From an uncultured Planctomycetota bacterium (GTDB lineage Bacteria > Planctomycetota > Phycisphaerae > Tepidisphaerales > Tepidisphaeraceae): DNA of 64,000 nucleotides. Below, piece by piece: positions 36,230 through 46,992 of the stretch. How positions within the stretch are numbered: the first letter of the stretch is position 1; each line of letters starts with the position of its first letter. A model generated the notes under the pieces. The model was not told the origin of the DNA. It ran no database searches and saw only the letters and a list, made by a program, of their open reading frames with translations. The stretch covers positions 128,001 through 192,000 of the forward strand of contig CAWJEN010000006.1 in NCBI GenBank assembly GCA_963841915.1, read 5' to 3'. A program made the translations under genes and the position numbers.

Positions 36230-37534
36230 ATGAACGCTCAGCTCCACGACGCCCGAAGCGACGCCCTTGCCGTCGTTCGGCAGCTTCGCGACGCGGGGCA
36301 CACGGCATTTTTTGCCGGCGGATGCGTGCGGGACGAATTGTTAGGCCTGACACCCAAGGACTATGACGTTGCGACCGATGCACTGCCGGACCGCGTGCGC
36401 AACGTCTTCGGCAAGCGACGGACAAAGGCCGTTGGGGCGGCATTCGGTGTGGTGCTCGTCAAAGAGGGGACCAGCCAGATCGAGGTCGCGACCTTTCGCG
36501 CCGACGGCAGCTACGCCGACGGCAGAAGGCCCGACAGCGTCCGCTTCACCAACGCCGCCGACGATGCCAGGCGGCGCGACTTTACGATCAACGGCCTATT
36601 CTTTGACCCTCTGGCGAGTGACGACGATGACGGCATCATCGATCACATCGGTGGCAGGCGAGACCTCAAGGCGCGACTCCTTCGGTCCATTGGTGACCCG
36701 CTGCGACGATTCGGCGAGGACTACCTGCGCCTGCTCAGGGCCGTCCGATTTGCGGCACGATTCGACCTGAAGATCGAAGACGCGACGTGGCGGGCGCTGT
36801 CGGATCAGGCGTACCAGATCGCCAACATCACCAACGAGCGGATCGGCGACGAGGTGAAACGGATGCTCGCCCCGCCTTCCCGCGGTAAGGCGTGGCAGCT
36901 TCTGTGGGACAGCGGACTCATTGGCCCGATCTTCCGCGGCCTGCCTGAACCGCCGAGCGACACGCACCCGCACCGCCCCATCACGCGGCAGATCGCCACC
37001 CTGCCGGGTGACATCTCACCGACACTCGCGGTCGCGGCGACGCTTCTTGAACTGACGGGTCAAGCCGGTGCACCGCCGTCGCAGATTCTGTCCCGTGGCG
37101 GCGTCGAGGCGATGACGCGTGTCGGGCGCGACAGCCTCAGGCTCAGCAACGCCGAGACGGTCGCGCTGGAAGCAACGCTGAACGTCTGGCCGTTGCTGGG
37201 CGACGAGCCGTCGGTCGCGTTGCTGCGCCGATTCCTGGCCGTGCCGCAATCGCAGGACGCTCGGCACATCCTGCGGGCGTGCCGACACGACAAGGACCTG
37301 AAGCCGCGAATCGATGTCGTGCTCGAACGCCTTACCAACCTGTCAGAAACGAGCGGAGAAGCGGCTCCCGAACCCTGGGTCCGCGGCGACGACCTCATGC
37401 AGGCCGGCCTCGTGCCCGGGCCGACGTTCAGCATCGCCATCGACGCCGCCTACGACGCGCAACTCGACGGCTCTGCGAAAGATCGCGACGAAGCAATCGC
37501 TATTGCTCTCAGCGCGGCAGCAAATCGAACGTGA
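36230..37534 (+). CDS. cca: Class II tRNA nucleotidyltransferase (CCA-adding-type)
   Basis: [23 protein letters not shown], flexible loop present ([10 protein letters not shown]), [23 protein letters not shown]. Confidence 0.88.
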   Translation: MNAQLHDARSDALAVVRQLRDAGHTAFFAGGCVRDELLGLTPKDYDVATDALPDRVRNVFGKRRTKAVGAAFGVVLVKEGTSQIEVATFRADGSYADGRRPDSVRFTNAADDARRRDFTINGLFFDPLASDDDDGIIDHIGGRRDLKARLLRSIGDPLRRFGEDYLRLLRAVRFAARFDLKIEDATWRALSDQAYQIANITNERIGDEVKRMLAPPSRGKAWQLLWDSGLIGPIFRGLPEPPSDTHPHRPITRQIATLPGDISPTLAVAATLLELTGQAGAPPSQILSRGGVEAMTRVGRDSLRLSNAETVALEATLNVWPLLGDEPSVALLRRFLAVPQSQDARHILRACRHDKDLKPRIDVVLERLTNLSETSGEAAPEPWVRGDDLMQAGLVPGPTFSIAIDAAYDAQLDGSAKDRDEAIAIALSAAANRT

Positions 37535-38261
37535 CGCTGAGGGTCGCCGACAGCTTCTCGCGACCGGCAGGCATGGCATCACGACCGACCGCGATTGTCG
37601 CCCCTTCAGATAATCTGTTGTTCACCATCGGCCCGTAGCCGCCTGCTTCGACGATCTTGCGGACGGGTCCGAGATCGCAGTCGAGCCGGTCGGCCAGCCG
37701 CGTCGCTTTTTCGCGTGCCGCATCGGCTGCCAGGTCGCGGGCCTCGTCAAGCTTCTCGCGGCTGTCGACGACGCCGTAGTTCGGGCCGTCAAGCTGGTTG
37801 GCACCGTTGCCAAGCCCGTCGCGAATCATCTGCGGGACCTTCTCCAGACTGTTCACCCGCACGGTGTATTGCCGCGTCACGCGGTAGCCGACGATCGTCA
37901 ATGGCCTTACGGAGTCGCGGTCGCCCCGGTCGTACTGCGGCGACACGTCCATCTGCGTCGTCGAGACTTCGCCTTCTTCTGCGCCGGCCTGCTTCAACGC
38001 CGCAAGAAGCGTCCGTCCTCGCTGATCGTTGTCCGCCACCGCAGCGGCCAGGTCAGCGTCGGCCGAAACAACGCCGAAAGTCAGCACCGCCACGTCCGGC
38101 TCTGCAAAGACCTCAGCCGTTCCGTTGACGCTGACCGTCCGAACCTGCGTCGTCGCCTCCTCAGCCATGGGCTGGGCGTGACCCGTCGACACCAGCCACG
38201 AGCCTGCGAGCAACGGGACAAGGACGAGCGACGCGACAAGTTTCTTCGACATGTCACGCAT
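37509..38261 (-). CDS. SIMPL-domain (DUF541) periplasmic protein
   Basis: Signal peptide, VSVNGTAEV.AEPD, VSPQY, GAN.LDGP, AREKA..LA, LSVTFDL. Confidence 0.88.
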   Translation of the reverse strand: MRDMSKKLVASLVLVPLLAGSWLVSTGHAQPMAEEATTQVRTVSVNGTAEVFAEPDVAVLTFGVVSADADLAAAVADNDQRGRTLLAALKQAGAEEGEVSTTQMDVSPQYDRGDRDSVRPLTIVGYRVTRQYTVRVNSLEKVPQMIRDGLGNGANQLDGPNYGVVDSREKLDEARDLAADAAREKATRLADRLDCDLGPVRKIVEAGGYGPMVNNRLSEGATIAVGRDAMPAGREKLSATLSVTFDLLPR

Positions 38262-38284
38262 CGTCGCGATCTATCAAAGCAATC

Positions 38285-38980
38285 TCAAGCATGATGGCAC
38301 AGCCGGGCATCGAGATGCGCCGGCACCGCGTCGGCCGGGCCGTCGTAGCGGACATCGCGGTCGAGATACAACAGCCGATCCGACAGCCGCATGGCAGCGA
38401 GATGGTCGTGCGTGTTGACGACGAAGGCGGTTCCGAGTCGGCTGCGGGCAAGCGTGAGCGTCTCGACGAGGCGATCGACTGCCGCCGGCGCAAGGCCGAG
38501 CGTCGGCTCATCGAGGAGCACGAGCGACGGCCGGTGAGCCAGTGCGCGGGCGACCACAACGAGCTGATGCTGACCGCCTGACAGTTCGCGGAGCGGTTGA
38601 TCGAGATCGACATCTGACAGCGCAACGTCGATCAGCTCGCGCCGCCACGCGTCGTCGCCAGGGCGGGCGGCAAGCTTGAGCATTTGGCGGCCTGTGATTG
38701 GTAAAACGCCCGGCGGTTCGGCCCGCTGCGGGACGTAACCGAGTCGCTGCCCCCGGACTGCGACGTCGGGGGTCGAGTCGCCGACCGTGATCGTGCCGTG
38801 CTCGATCGGGATCGAACCGAGAACAGCCAGGGCAAGCGTCGTCTTACCACCGCCGTTGGGGCCGGCGACGGCGAGGCAGCCACCGGGTTCAACCGCAAGC
38901 GAAACGCCACGCAGTACCTCACGGCCGCCCCGGCGGACGGTCAAGTCGCTGACGCGAAGGGCGTTGCTGGCGTCGCTCAT
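38285..38980 (-). CDS. ABC transporter ATP-binding protein, Zn/Mn (ZnuC-like)
   Basis: GPNGGGKTT, LGYVPQR, LSGGQ, LLDEPT, THD. Confidence 0.85.
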   Translation of the reverse strand: MSDASNALRVSDLTVRRGGREVLRGVSLAVEPGGCLAVAGPNGGGKTTLALAVLGSIPIEHGTITVGDSTPDVAVRGQRLGYVPQRAEPPGVLPITGRQMLKLAARPGDDAWRRELIDVALSDVDLDQPLRELSGGQHQLVVVARALAHRPSLVLLDEPTLGLAPAAVDRLVETLTLARSRLGTAFVVNTHDHLAAMRLSDRLLYLDRDVRYDGPADAVPAHLDARLCHHA

Positions 38981-40137
38981 CGGCCGACCGGCACGATCGC
39001 GGGACGCTCGCCCAAAGGCAGCTCGGCGATGAGCAGCAATCGGCCGTCATTGCCCGGCCGCGCCTGAATCGCTCCGCCGCCGGACACCGTGCCGGCTACA
39101 TCAATCGCGCCACTGATGTCGCCTGTCTCACGGGCCGCTGCAACAACGGTGAACAGGTCGCGGATCGCCCGCTGACGAAACTCCAGCTCGTACGCCTCCC
39201 GCGGCGACACGAGCGAATAACGGCTCAGCCACAGCGAGTCACGCTCGTGGCCTGCCTCCCACTCTTCGAGAAACTCCCGCATCTTCGCAGGCTCGCCACG
39301 CAACTTGGCCAGCTCGACTTCGACGTCGAAGTACAGCTCGTACTCGCCGATGAGCTGCTCGCGACGCTCGGGATCGGCCCACTCTTTCCGCCACACCTCG
39401 ACCTCATCGGCGGCGATGCCGCGTCGCTCGGCCAGCAACGGAACAAAATTGGGCAGATCGTCGGTCTGTCGCATGTAGACGGCCAGTGCCTTGCCTTCTT
39501 GACCGGTGACGACGGCGAAGTCCTGCAACGGCGGCAGGTCGGCCAGATCGCGAAGCGTCTGCGGCGTGATGCTGCCGCTTCGCCCGGCGACCGTCTGCCG
39601 AATCACCGCGTCGGCGTTGGCGGCAGAGAACCAGTAAGCCGTCGACTCACCGGCCGACAACGGCACGAGCAGACCGGCCACTGCCGTTGCGTGACGGGCG
39701 GCCTCGTTGGCCTTCTCCTCGGTGTCGGCGACCGCTTCGGACAAACCGGCCAACGCCGCAGAAACGAGCGGGTTGATGCCTGCCGAAAAAGGTCTTGGGG
39801 CGGCGGCGCTGACGTCGGCCGTCGGTGGCTCGACCGCCTCGAGGTCCAGCTCGCCCGCCCGGACGAACAGCGGCTTGAAGACTTCCAACGCCTCGACGGC
39901 CGCGTCGGCGTTGTCGGCGTCAACCCGCGGGCCACGGGCGATGGCCTGCTGTTGCGACTCCGACAAGTTCGTGAACACGTCGGCTGCGTCGGTTAGCAGT
40001 TCCTCCAGCGGCGTCAGATTTGCAGGACGCGTTGCCGGTGCGGTCGCGGGAACCGTCGTCGACTGGGCACGCGCAGGCGACGCAAAGAGTGTCGCGGCGA
40101 CAGCAGCTGTGAGGAAACGCTTCATGACCGGCATCAC
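38977..40137 (-). CDS. Hypothetical exported protein
   Basis: Signal peptide MKRFLTAAVAATLFASPARA, then ATAPATRPA; its stop overlaps the next gene's start (ATGA). Confidence 0.75.
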   Translation of the reverse strand: MMPVMKRFLTAAVAATLFASPARAQSTTVPATAPATRPANLTPLEELLTDAADVFTNLSESQQQAIARGPRVDADNADAAVEALEVFKPLFVRAGELDLEAVEPPTADVSAAAPRPFSAGINPLVSAALAGLSEAVADTEEKANEAARHATAVAGLLVPLSAGESTAYWFSAANADAVIRQTVAGRSGSITPQTLRDLADLPPLQDFAVVTGQEGKALAVYMRQTDDLPNFVPLLAERRGIAADEVEVWRKEWADPERREQLIGEYELYFDVEVELAKLRGEPAKMREFLEEWEAGHERDSLWLSRYSLVSPREAYELEFRQRAIRDLFTVVAAARETGDISGAIDVAGTVSGGGAIQARPGNDGRLLLIAELPLGERPAIVPVGR

Positions 40138-40199
40138 CGACCGTACGGGGCAAAGTCGCAGCAGGTCACCGGAGCAAGCTTGCAGCGGCTTTCGTGGCG

Positions 40200-40745
40200 T
40201 CAGGCCCCTTTGCCCGCTTCGGGAGGAAGCTCGGGTTCATCGATCTCCGTCAGGTCCTGCGCCAGACGCCCCAGGAAGAACTGCAACTCGTTCGCCGCCA
40301 CAGCGCACGGCAGCGGGTCGCGTAGGTCGTACTGATGGTGGTGATCCTCGGCCGTGTCCTGGTCGCGGCGTTCGCCCTCGGTGATGATGTGGTGCTCGAA
40401 AGTCACTGCATCTTCATGGCTCTGCATGATGACCAGTTCGCCCCACCGCCAGGCAAGGTGGATGCGGATCGACAATTGGTTGCCCCACGTGCTGACGCGG
40501 TGTACTACGCGGTCTCGAGCGAGCATCGACGTCAGGGCGTCGACGCTTGGGAAAACGCAGGTCTTAAGGAACGTGGTGTAGTTGTCGTTGAACTCCCGCA
40601 GCCGCTCGACGGCTTCACGTTCGGCTGCGAGCTTCTCGTCGGGCACCTCGATGAACGGGTGAACGCGACCGAGCCACCATTTGGTGAAGCCGCCGTCCAT
40701 GCCCGAGGCGATGTCTTTGTTGTCTTTGCCACCGGATTTAGACAT
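40200..40745 (-). CDS. Hypothetical protein
   Basis: Protein-like composition; tiles within the minus-strand run. Confidence 0.7.
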   Translation of the reverse strand: MSKSGGKDNKDIASGMDGGFTKWWLGRVHPFIEVPDEKLAAEREAVERLREFNDNYTTFLKTCVFPSVDALTSMLARDRVVHRVSTWGNQLSIRIHLAWRWGELVIMQSHEDAVTFEHHIITEGERRDQDTAEDHHHQYDLRDPLPCAVAANELQFFLGRLAQDLTEIDEPELPPEAGKGA

Positions 40746-40753
40746 GGCCCGCA

Positions 40754-41785
40754 CTATACCGGCGTCTGCACGTCGTGCCCGAATGCGCCGCCGATGACGT
40801 GCCGGAGCACGTTCGCCGCCAGAATCGGCTGGGCAACATCGGCCGGGTGCAGGTCGTCGGGCATAAGCGTCTTCATATCCGAGCCTGAGGGAATGCTGTC
40901 GGGCCCGAAGATCGAAAGACCGTCGACGTAGTGCAGCGCTTCGTCGCCGCGATTCTGAAGCCGCTTGACAACATCGCCGACGACCCGCCGCATATCGACG
41001 AGCGTCAGATCCAGGACCGCTTCGTTCTCACGCGGCGGCGAAAAAATCGGACTGATGAGACACAACGGCGTGTCCGGGTGGCCCTCACGGATGGTCTCGA
41101 TCGTGCCGAACAGTGCCGCCAGGAAAGACCTCGAGTTGAGCGTTCCGGCGTTGTGCAGGTTGATGCCGGCACAGATCGAAATGAAGTCGGCCGGCTGGCT
41201 GCGGATCACGCGGGCGACCATTGGGTCGAGGTGACATTCGCCGCCGAAGCCGAGACACGTCAGGTCGAGCCCTGCCTCCGTGGCCACCCGTGCCGGCCAG
41301 GTGCGGGTTGGCCCAGTCGCGTCGCTGCAGTGGGTGATGGAGCTGCCATAGGTGAGCCAGCGTGGCTGCTCGTCATCGTCGGGCCGGCCGGTCTTGGCTT
41401 GGCTCGGCAGCTCGATTCCACGGACGACACTTGTGCCGATCTGCGGCAGCCAGACCGACAGTGTCCGCCTGCCCTCGCCGGGCAGCTTGCAGTGTTGGCC
41501 TGGAACCACATCAACGACCTCGCCGCCGTCGAGCACCTGGGCAGGCCGCGTTTCCTCGCCGGCCGGCAGGTCGGCATCGAGCATCAGCCAGGTCGCATCG
41601 GTCGACAGCTCGATCCGAACGCCTGCCGCCATTTCAGCCTTCTCATTGACGCCCGGGAACAATTCCCGATCCAGATACGGGATACGCCACGGCTTGATCG
41701 CGTCGCCCATCGGCTCGAGGCTGATGTGTCCCCTCCACCGCAGTCGCGGGTCGGTGGCGGCAACGAATTGCGTGGCATCTGGCAT
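40754..41785 (-). CDS. SGNH/GDSL hydrolase
   Basis: YGSSITH, LGFGGECH, GIN, DDLHP. Confidence 0.88.
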   Translation of the reverse strand: MPDATQFVAATDPRLRWRGHISLEPMGDAIKPWRIPYLDRELFPGVNEKAEMAAGVRIELSTDATWLMLDADLPAGEETRPAQVLDGGEVVDVVPGQHCKLPGEGRRTLSVWLPQIGTSVVRGIELPSQAKTGRPDDDEQPRWLTYGSSITHCSDATGPTRTWPARVATEAGLDLTCLGFGGECHLDPMVARVIRSQPADFISICAGINLHNAGTLNSRSFLAALFGTIETIREGHPDTPLCLISPIFSPPRENEAVLDLTLVDMRRVVGDVVKRLQNRGDEALHYVDGLSIFGPDSIPSGSDMKTLMPDDLHPADVAQPILAANVLRHVIGGAFGHDVQTPV

Positions 41786-41804
41786 GGCCGCCAGTGTAGA
41801 AGCC

Positions 41805-42953
41805 TCACAGGTTTTCGACGGCTTCGAGCAGTTCGTCGACACGGTGCCCGCACGTGTGCCGAGCCTTGATCGTCTCGAGCCCTTGAGCCGCCAGGTCGGA
41901 CGCCAGCGAGGGCTCGCGGACGATGCGGCGAAGTTGCTCGGTCATGCCCGCGGGGCTGTCGACCATGAGAAAGTCGCGGCCGATCGTGAAGAGGCCTTCG
42001 GTGTCCTTCCACGGTGCCGACACGAGCGGCAAGCCGCACGCCAACGCTTCGAAGACGCGGATCGTCGGAATGCCCGGCAGGTGCGTGACGTACCATCGCC
42101 TTGGCACGTGGGCGGTCATCTTGTGCTTGGCAAAGAGTGCCGGTGCCTCCTGGTTCGGCACGTAGCCCTTGAACGAAAGCCCCGCCGCCTCGACCGCCGC
42201 CTTGCCTTCGTCGGGATACCGCACGCCACGAATTTCACCGCTCAAGCCCAGCGACTGTGCCGGGTCGAGCAGGTAGTCGTGCAGCTCTTTGGTCCGTTCA
42301 CCGTCACCCCAGTTGCCGACCCAGACGAGGTCGCGTTGCGGGTCGCGTGCTTCGGGCGTGAACTTGCGGATGTCTGCCGCCTCGTGCCATGTGACGACGC
42401 GGCCTGGATCCCAGCCGCGTTTGAGGTAGGCCTCACGCAGCACCTCGCCGAACACGAGCACGCCGTCGTAGTTGGAGATGTCGAACCGTGCCATTTTCTC
42501 GGGTTCGCTGACGGCCCGGTGGTGCGTGTCGTGGAACCAAAGCTGGTAGTTTGCCCCGGCCTTGCGGTGCCTGCCGATTGCCGCCACGACGGACGGCGGC
42601 GTCCATTCGTGAACGACGACCACGTCGATGCCCTTGAGCCGATCGTCGAGCGATAGCGCAGCCTCGGCCGCTTCGACATCGGCATGATCCGGGTCGGCAA
42701 ACGTACCGGATCGACCACCGACATTGAACGTCTTGGCGACGCCCGCCAGAGACGGATACGCCGCCTCGAACGTCAACTTGGCATCAACGCCTTCGACCGA
42801 CTCGAGGTGGTACGTCGACCAGTTGTTTTGTTGCTCGTGCGTATCGAGCGTGTGTCCACGCGCGACGATCTCACTGCACACGCCTCGCAGAAAGTGTGCG
42901 TTTCCATGGTTCCAGTCTGAGGCGAGCGCGTGGACGAAGAAGGCGAAGTTCAC
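41805..42953 (-). CDS. CgeB-like glycosyltransferase (GT-B)
   Basis: SDWNHGNAHFLRG, VVHEW, FHDTHHR, WHEAAD, GNWGDGER, PTIRVFEALACG, HTCGHRV. Confidence 0.88.
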   Translation of the reverse strand: MNFAFFVHALASDWNHGNAHFLRGVCSEIVARGHTLDTHEQQNNWSTYHLESVEGVDAKLTFEAAYPSLAGVAKTFNVGGRSGTFADPDHADVEAAEAALSLDDRLKGIDVVVVHEWTPPSVVAAIGRHRKAGANYQLWFHDTHHRAVSEPEKMARFDISNYDGVLVFGEVLREAYLKRGWDPGRVVTWHEAADIRKFTPEARDPQRDLVWVGNWGDGERTKELHDYLLDPAQSLGLSGEIRGVRYPDEGKAAVEAAGLSFKGYVPNQEAPALFAKHKMTAHVPRRWYVTHLPGIPTIRVFEALACGLPLVSAPWKDTEGLFTIGRDFLMVDSPAGMTEQLRRIVREPSLASDLAAQGLETIKARHTCGHRVDELLEAVENL

Positions 42954-43007
42954 GCACGCACCGTAGAACGAGACGATGCTTTTGGCTTCGTCGCATAAGC
43001 TTGCGAC

Positions 43008-44147
43008 ATGCCCGAGGACACCGACCTTTCACTGCTGATCGACCTCTGTTCGCTTCCGACGGCGGCGTTTCTTGAAGATGCGGTCGTGGCGTACGTCGAC
43101 GCCTGGGCCAAACGCCGACGCAACCTCACGCTCGAGACAGACACCCACGGCAATCGGTTGCTCAGCACAGCCGGTGACGGGCCACGCACCGTCTTCGTCG
43201 CACACTGCGATCACCCTGCGTTCGTGAGCGGCGAGACCGACAAGAAGGGCCGCCTGCACGCAGAGTTTCGCGGCGGCGTCATGGCCGAGTGCTGCGTGAA
43301 GGGGACGAAAGTCCGATTTGGTGACGCGGTCGCCCGCGTTCGCAAAGCCACCGCCGATGACAACAAGCGGCTCGTCGCGGCAACGTTTGACGTTCCGGAA
43401 GGTAAGCAAGTTGCCGCCGGCTTGCCGGGCATGTTCGACTTCGGCAAGCCATTCGCGAAGGTCAAGAAGAAGCGGCTCGTCGCCCGCGCCTGCGATGATC
43501 TGGCCGGCTTGGCCGCCTGCCTGGAAGCGCTCGACCACTGCCGCAGTCGGCCCAGGTCACCAGTCGCGGTGCTCGTGACACGGGCCGAGGAAGTCGGCTT
43601 CATCGGTGCCATCGCCGCCGCCAAAGACGGCCGCAAGGGGTTGCTGCGTCGCGACGACCGCGTCATCAGCATCGAAACGAGCAGCGCCCAAGCCGCCGCT
43701 CCGATCGGTGGCGGGTGCGTCTTGCGGGTCGGGGATCGCACGAGCGTGTTCCACAGCGGCCTGACGGACTACATCCATCAACGGTGCTTGGCGCTGGCCA
43801 AGGAGGACAAGTCGTTCAAGTTCCGCCGAGCGCTTATGCCGGGCGGCACGTGTGAGGCGACGGCCTTCGACGCCTTCGGCCACATCGCCTCGGCCGCGTG
43901 TGTGCCGTTGGGTAGCTACCACAACATGAACCGCGACAAGAAGCGCATGGCTGCCGAGGAGATCGACCTGAACGACTGGCGCAATCTCGTCAAGATGCTC
44001 ACCAACGTCGGCCGCCACGCCGACACCTTCGACGGAAAGCCGACCGAGCTGCGTCGTCGCATGACCGAGCGGTTCAACGGGCACAAGCACCTGTTCGTCG
44101 AGCCGGCCGGCCATCTCGACAAGGCCAGCGGTCCCGGTGCCGACTGA
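43008..44147 (+). CDS. M20/M28/M42-family metallopeptidase
   Basis: VAHCDHP, ARACDDLAG, TRAEEVGFIG, ISIETS, GGTCEAT, YHN. Confidence 0.85.
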   Translation: MPEDTDLSLLIDLCSLPTAAFLEDAVVAYVDAWAKRRRNLTLETDTHGNRLLSTAGDGPRTVFVAHCDHPAFVSGETDKKGRLHAEFRGGVMAECCVKGTKVRFGDAVARVRKATADDNKRLVAATFDVPEGKQVAAGLPGMFDFGKPFAKVKKKRLVARACDDLAGLAACLEALDHCRSRPRSPVAVLVTRAEEVGFIGAIAAAKDGRKGLLRRDDRVISIETSSAQAAAPIGGGCVLRVGDRTSVFHSGLTDYIHQRCLALAKEDKSFKFRRALMPGGTCEATAFDAFGHIASAACVPLGSYHNMNRDKKRMAAEEIDLNDWRNLVKMLTNVGRHADTFDGKPTELRRRMTERFNGHKHLFVEPAGHLDKASGPGAD

Positions 44148-44310
44148 CGATCGAACATCACGCGACGGTCGGCCTTATCACCAGTGGCAACCTGCAGTTT
44201 ATCGCACCCGGCAGTCAATAATCGCTGTTCGTTGGATAAAGCTGCATCGTGCATCTCCCGATTTAGTTGTGTCGCCTTCATCGCCGGGCGACTTCATCTG
44301 GGAGACACTT

Positions 44311-44805
44311 ATGCAAGAGAACACGTATCGATCAGGATTTGAGGGTCTGATGCTTGCCGGTGGTGACGGAGGCGGTGGTGGTGGTAGCGGAGCGGATCGT
44401 CGGCGAAGTCAACGCCTCGGCACTCGGCGACTTGTAACTGCCGCACGCATTCGAAACGGCATGGCGCAGCTCATCGACCTACAGCTACGCGACGTCAGTC
44501 TGCACGGCCTGGGCGGCGTCACCAACGCAGGCGGGCTCAACGTCGGCGACCGGTTTACTGCCGCCCTGCCTCATCCGGACGGCGGCAGCGAGTCGTCAGG
44601 GTTTCGGCACGAGCGGATGCTCATGGCGGGGCTGCGGGTGACGCGGGTACGTGTGCTGGGAGGAGGCCGCAAACGCGTCGGAGCTGAACTCGTCTCCTGC
44701 TCCACGCAAGCGTTCGACAGCTTCGGCCCACCGGACGACGATCAAAGGTCGTTGTTCTGCCGAGCGATCGACGCGGCGACAACGCCCCTGCGTCGGGCGG
44801 CGTGA
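44311..44805 (+). CDS. PilZ-domain protein
   Basis: RxxxR (DRRRSQR) and DxSxxG (RDVSLHG) c-di-GMP-binding motifs; GGAG RBS before ATG 44311. Confidence 0.8.
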   Translation: MQENTYRSGFEGLMLAGGDGGGGGGSGADRRRSQRLGTRRLVTAARIRNGMAQLIDLQLRDVSLHGLGGVTNAGGLNVGDRFTAALPHPDGGSESSGFRHERMLMAGLRVTRVRVLGGGRKRVGAELVSCSTQAFDSFGPPDDDQRSLFCRAIDAATTPLRRAA

Positions 44806-44880
44806 CTACCGGACGGTGCTTTTCCACCGTTTGCCCTCACTTTGTGCGGCGAGCTGTCGATAAGTGCCGGTCAGCAGAGG

Positions 44881-46992
44881 ATGACTCTGCACATCTACAT
44901 GCATCTGTTTCGGGGGCCGGAACGGAACCTACGCGTGCTACACCACTGGAACCAATTTCGCCAGAGCCGACTCGCCGCGACTGCGGCGAGGCTTGCCCCG
45001 CCCGGAGTCGCTATCGGTGTGTTCGCGGCCGCCTCTGCCATTACGGTGCTGCTCGTCAACCACGAGGTAAACCGCACAAGGGCCATCGATGAGGCACGAT
45101 TTGCCGCCCATGTGGATGACGCCTCTGACGCCATCACGACCAGTCTCAACAACTTCGAGTTGCTGCTCGGAGGAGCACGGGGATTCGTTCACGGGTCCGA
45201 AACCGTCAGCCGCCAGGAATGGCGGACGTACGCCCAGGATCTCAACATCGACGAGACCGCGGCCGGCATCAAGGGCCTTGCACTCGTCCGTGGCGTGACT
45301 CACGAAGCGCTGCCTGACCTTATTGAGGAGATGCAACGGGAGTACCTGCCCGACTTTCGTGTGCATTCGGCACCCGACGCTGACCTGGATGATGCAGAGC
45401 AGCACCAAATCATCGTCTACCACGAGCCTCTTGAGCGCAACATGCGGGCGATCGGGTTTGACATCTCGCTCAACCCCGAAGCCATCGCCGCCCAGGAGTT
45501 GGCACGAGACACCGGGCTGATCTCGATGACCGGCCCGACGCCGCTTGTGCAGGACATGCGGGACACCGACCGCATCGGGCTCGTGATGTATGCCGCGACC
45601 TATGACAAGAGCCTGCCGCTGCTCACGGTCGAACAGCGTCGGGTGGCCCACACCGGCTTCATCGGTGCCCCCGTTTTTGCCGACGCGCTCATCGGCCGGG
45701 CCATCGGGCAGAATGTCAGCAGCCACATCGGCATGGCCGTGCGGGACCGGGACAGCGACGTCAAGCTCTGGGGATCGGGTGGCGTGTCCGACGCCGACTC
45801 CGTGGCCGAGCGGGTCGTCCAAATCAAACGTGGCGGCAGGACGTGGGACATCACGTTCGTCGCGCACCCGTCGTTCTCTGCCACAGCGTCGGCCCCGGCC
45901 AAGACCGCCGGCGCGGGCACCATCGCCACGGTGCTGTTGACCGCACTCGTTTGGTCGCTCAAGACGCTGCATCGCCGTGGCCGAACCGAGGTCGCCCGCA
46001 TGACCGCCCGTGCAGGTGAACTCGAAGCCCGCTTCACCGCCGCCTTCGAATCGAGCGGCATCGGCATGGCGCTCATTGACACTGAAGGTCGCTGGCTCCG
46101 CGTCAACAACGCGCTCGTTCGCCTCCTGGGACCTGCCGCCTCCAGCGTCGATAAGGGCAACCTGCACGAGGTCGTCCATCGCGACTACCTGACGAAAACC
46201 CTCGCCGCGGTCCGCGGCATTAACCACAACGAGACACGGCATGTAAACTTCGAATGTCGCTTCAAGAAAGATGATGGCGACGACATCTGGTGCGATCTGA
46301 GCCTCAGCGGTGTCGCAGACGGCACCGACGCCAACGGCAAGGCGGCCTACATCGTCGTTCAGATTCAAGACGCCACCACCCGCAAAGCAAGCGAACACGC
46401 CCTTGAACACGCCGCCACACACGACGTGCTCACCGGCCTGGCCAGTCGCTCGCAATTCAAGGCCTCGCTGAGCGGTTGCTTTGATCAAGGCGATCGCAAC
46501 AAACGACGCAGCGGCTTTGCCGTCCTGTTCCTCGACCTCGACCGCTTTAAAGAAGTCAACGACACCCTCGGCCACGAGGCCGGTGACGGCGTGCTCGTCG
46601 GCGTTGCCCGACGTATCTGCGGCAGCCTGCGAGGCAGCGGCACCACCTCGCGACCCGGCGGTGACGACCTGCCGGCACGGCTTGGTGGTGACGAATTCGT
46701 CGTCCTGCTTCGCGACGTGTCGAGCCGCGAGACGGCCATCGCCGTCGCCCGCCGGCTTCGCGACGCACTTGCTAAGGACTTTCACATCAACGGCCAGCCG
46801 ATCACCGTCGGGGCCAGCATCGGCGTCGCCACGAGCTTCGGCGGGTATGCCAATGCCGATGAGATGCTTCGCAGGGCCGACCACGCGATGTACGACGCCA
46901 AAGGCGCCGGACGCCTGGGCCGCGGTGACGTGGTGGTGGCCGACGACGTCAAAACCTTCGCCGCCTCAGAGCCCTTGCGGCTCGCCGCATGA
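44881..46992 (+). CDS. CHASE-PAS-GGDEF diguanylate cyclase
   Basis: TM, CHASE (YHEPLERNMRAIGFD, TGPTPLVQD), TM, PAS (FESSGIGMALID...VN), HDVLTGL, FLDLDRFKEVNDTLGH, ARLGGDEF, ADHAMYDAK. Confidence 0.92.
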   Translation: MTLHIYMHLFRGPERNLRVLHHWNQFRQSRLAATAARLAPPGVAIGVFAAASAITVLLVNHEVNRTRAIDEARFAAHVDDASDAITTSLNNFELLLGGARGFVHGSETVSRQEWRTYAQDLNIDETAAGIKGLALVRGVTHEALPDLIEEMQREYLPDFRVHSAPDADLDDAEQHQIIVYHEPLERNMRAIGFDISLNPEAIAAQELARDTGLISMTGPTPLVQDMRDTDRIGLVMYAATYDKSLPLLTVEQRRVAHTGFIGAPVFADALIGRAIGQNVSSHIGMAVRDRDSDVKLWGSGGVSDADSVAERVVQIKRGGRTWDITFVAHPSFSATASAPAKTAGAGTIATVLLTALVWSLKTLHRRGRTEVARMTARAGELEARFTAAFESSGIGMALIDTEGRWLRVNNALVRLLGPAASSVDKGNLHEVVHRDYLTKTLAAVRGINHNETRHVNFECRFKKDDGDDIWCDLSLSGVADGTDANGKAAYIVVQIQDATTRKASEHALEHAATHDVLTGLASRSQFKASLSGCFDQGDRNKRRSGFAVLFLDLDRFKEVNDTLGHEAGDGVLVGVARRICGSLRGSGTTSRPGGDDLPARLGGDEFVVLLRDVSSRETAIAVARRLRDALAKDFHINGQPITVGASIGVATSFGGYANADEMLRRADHAMYDAKGAGRLGRGDVVVADDVKTFAASEPLRLAA

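Noticed and set aside
44148..44310. c-di-GMP riboswitch upstream of the PilZ gene
   Set aside because: An imperfect inverted repeat (TGCAGTTTATC...GATAAAGCTGCA) exists, but I see no class I or II consensus; an Rfam scan would settle it.
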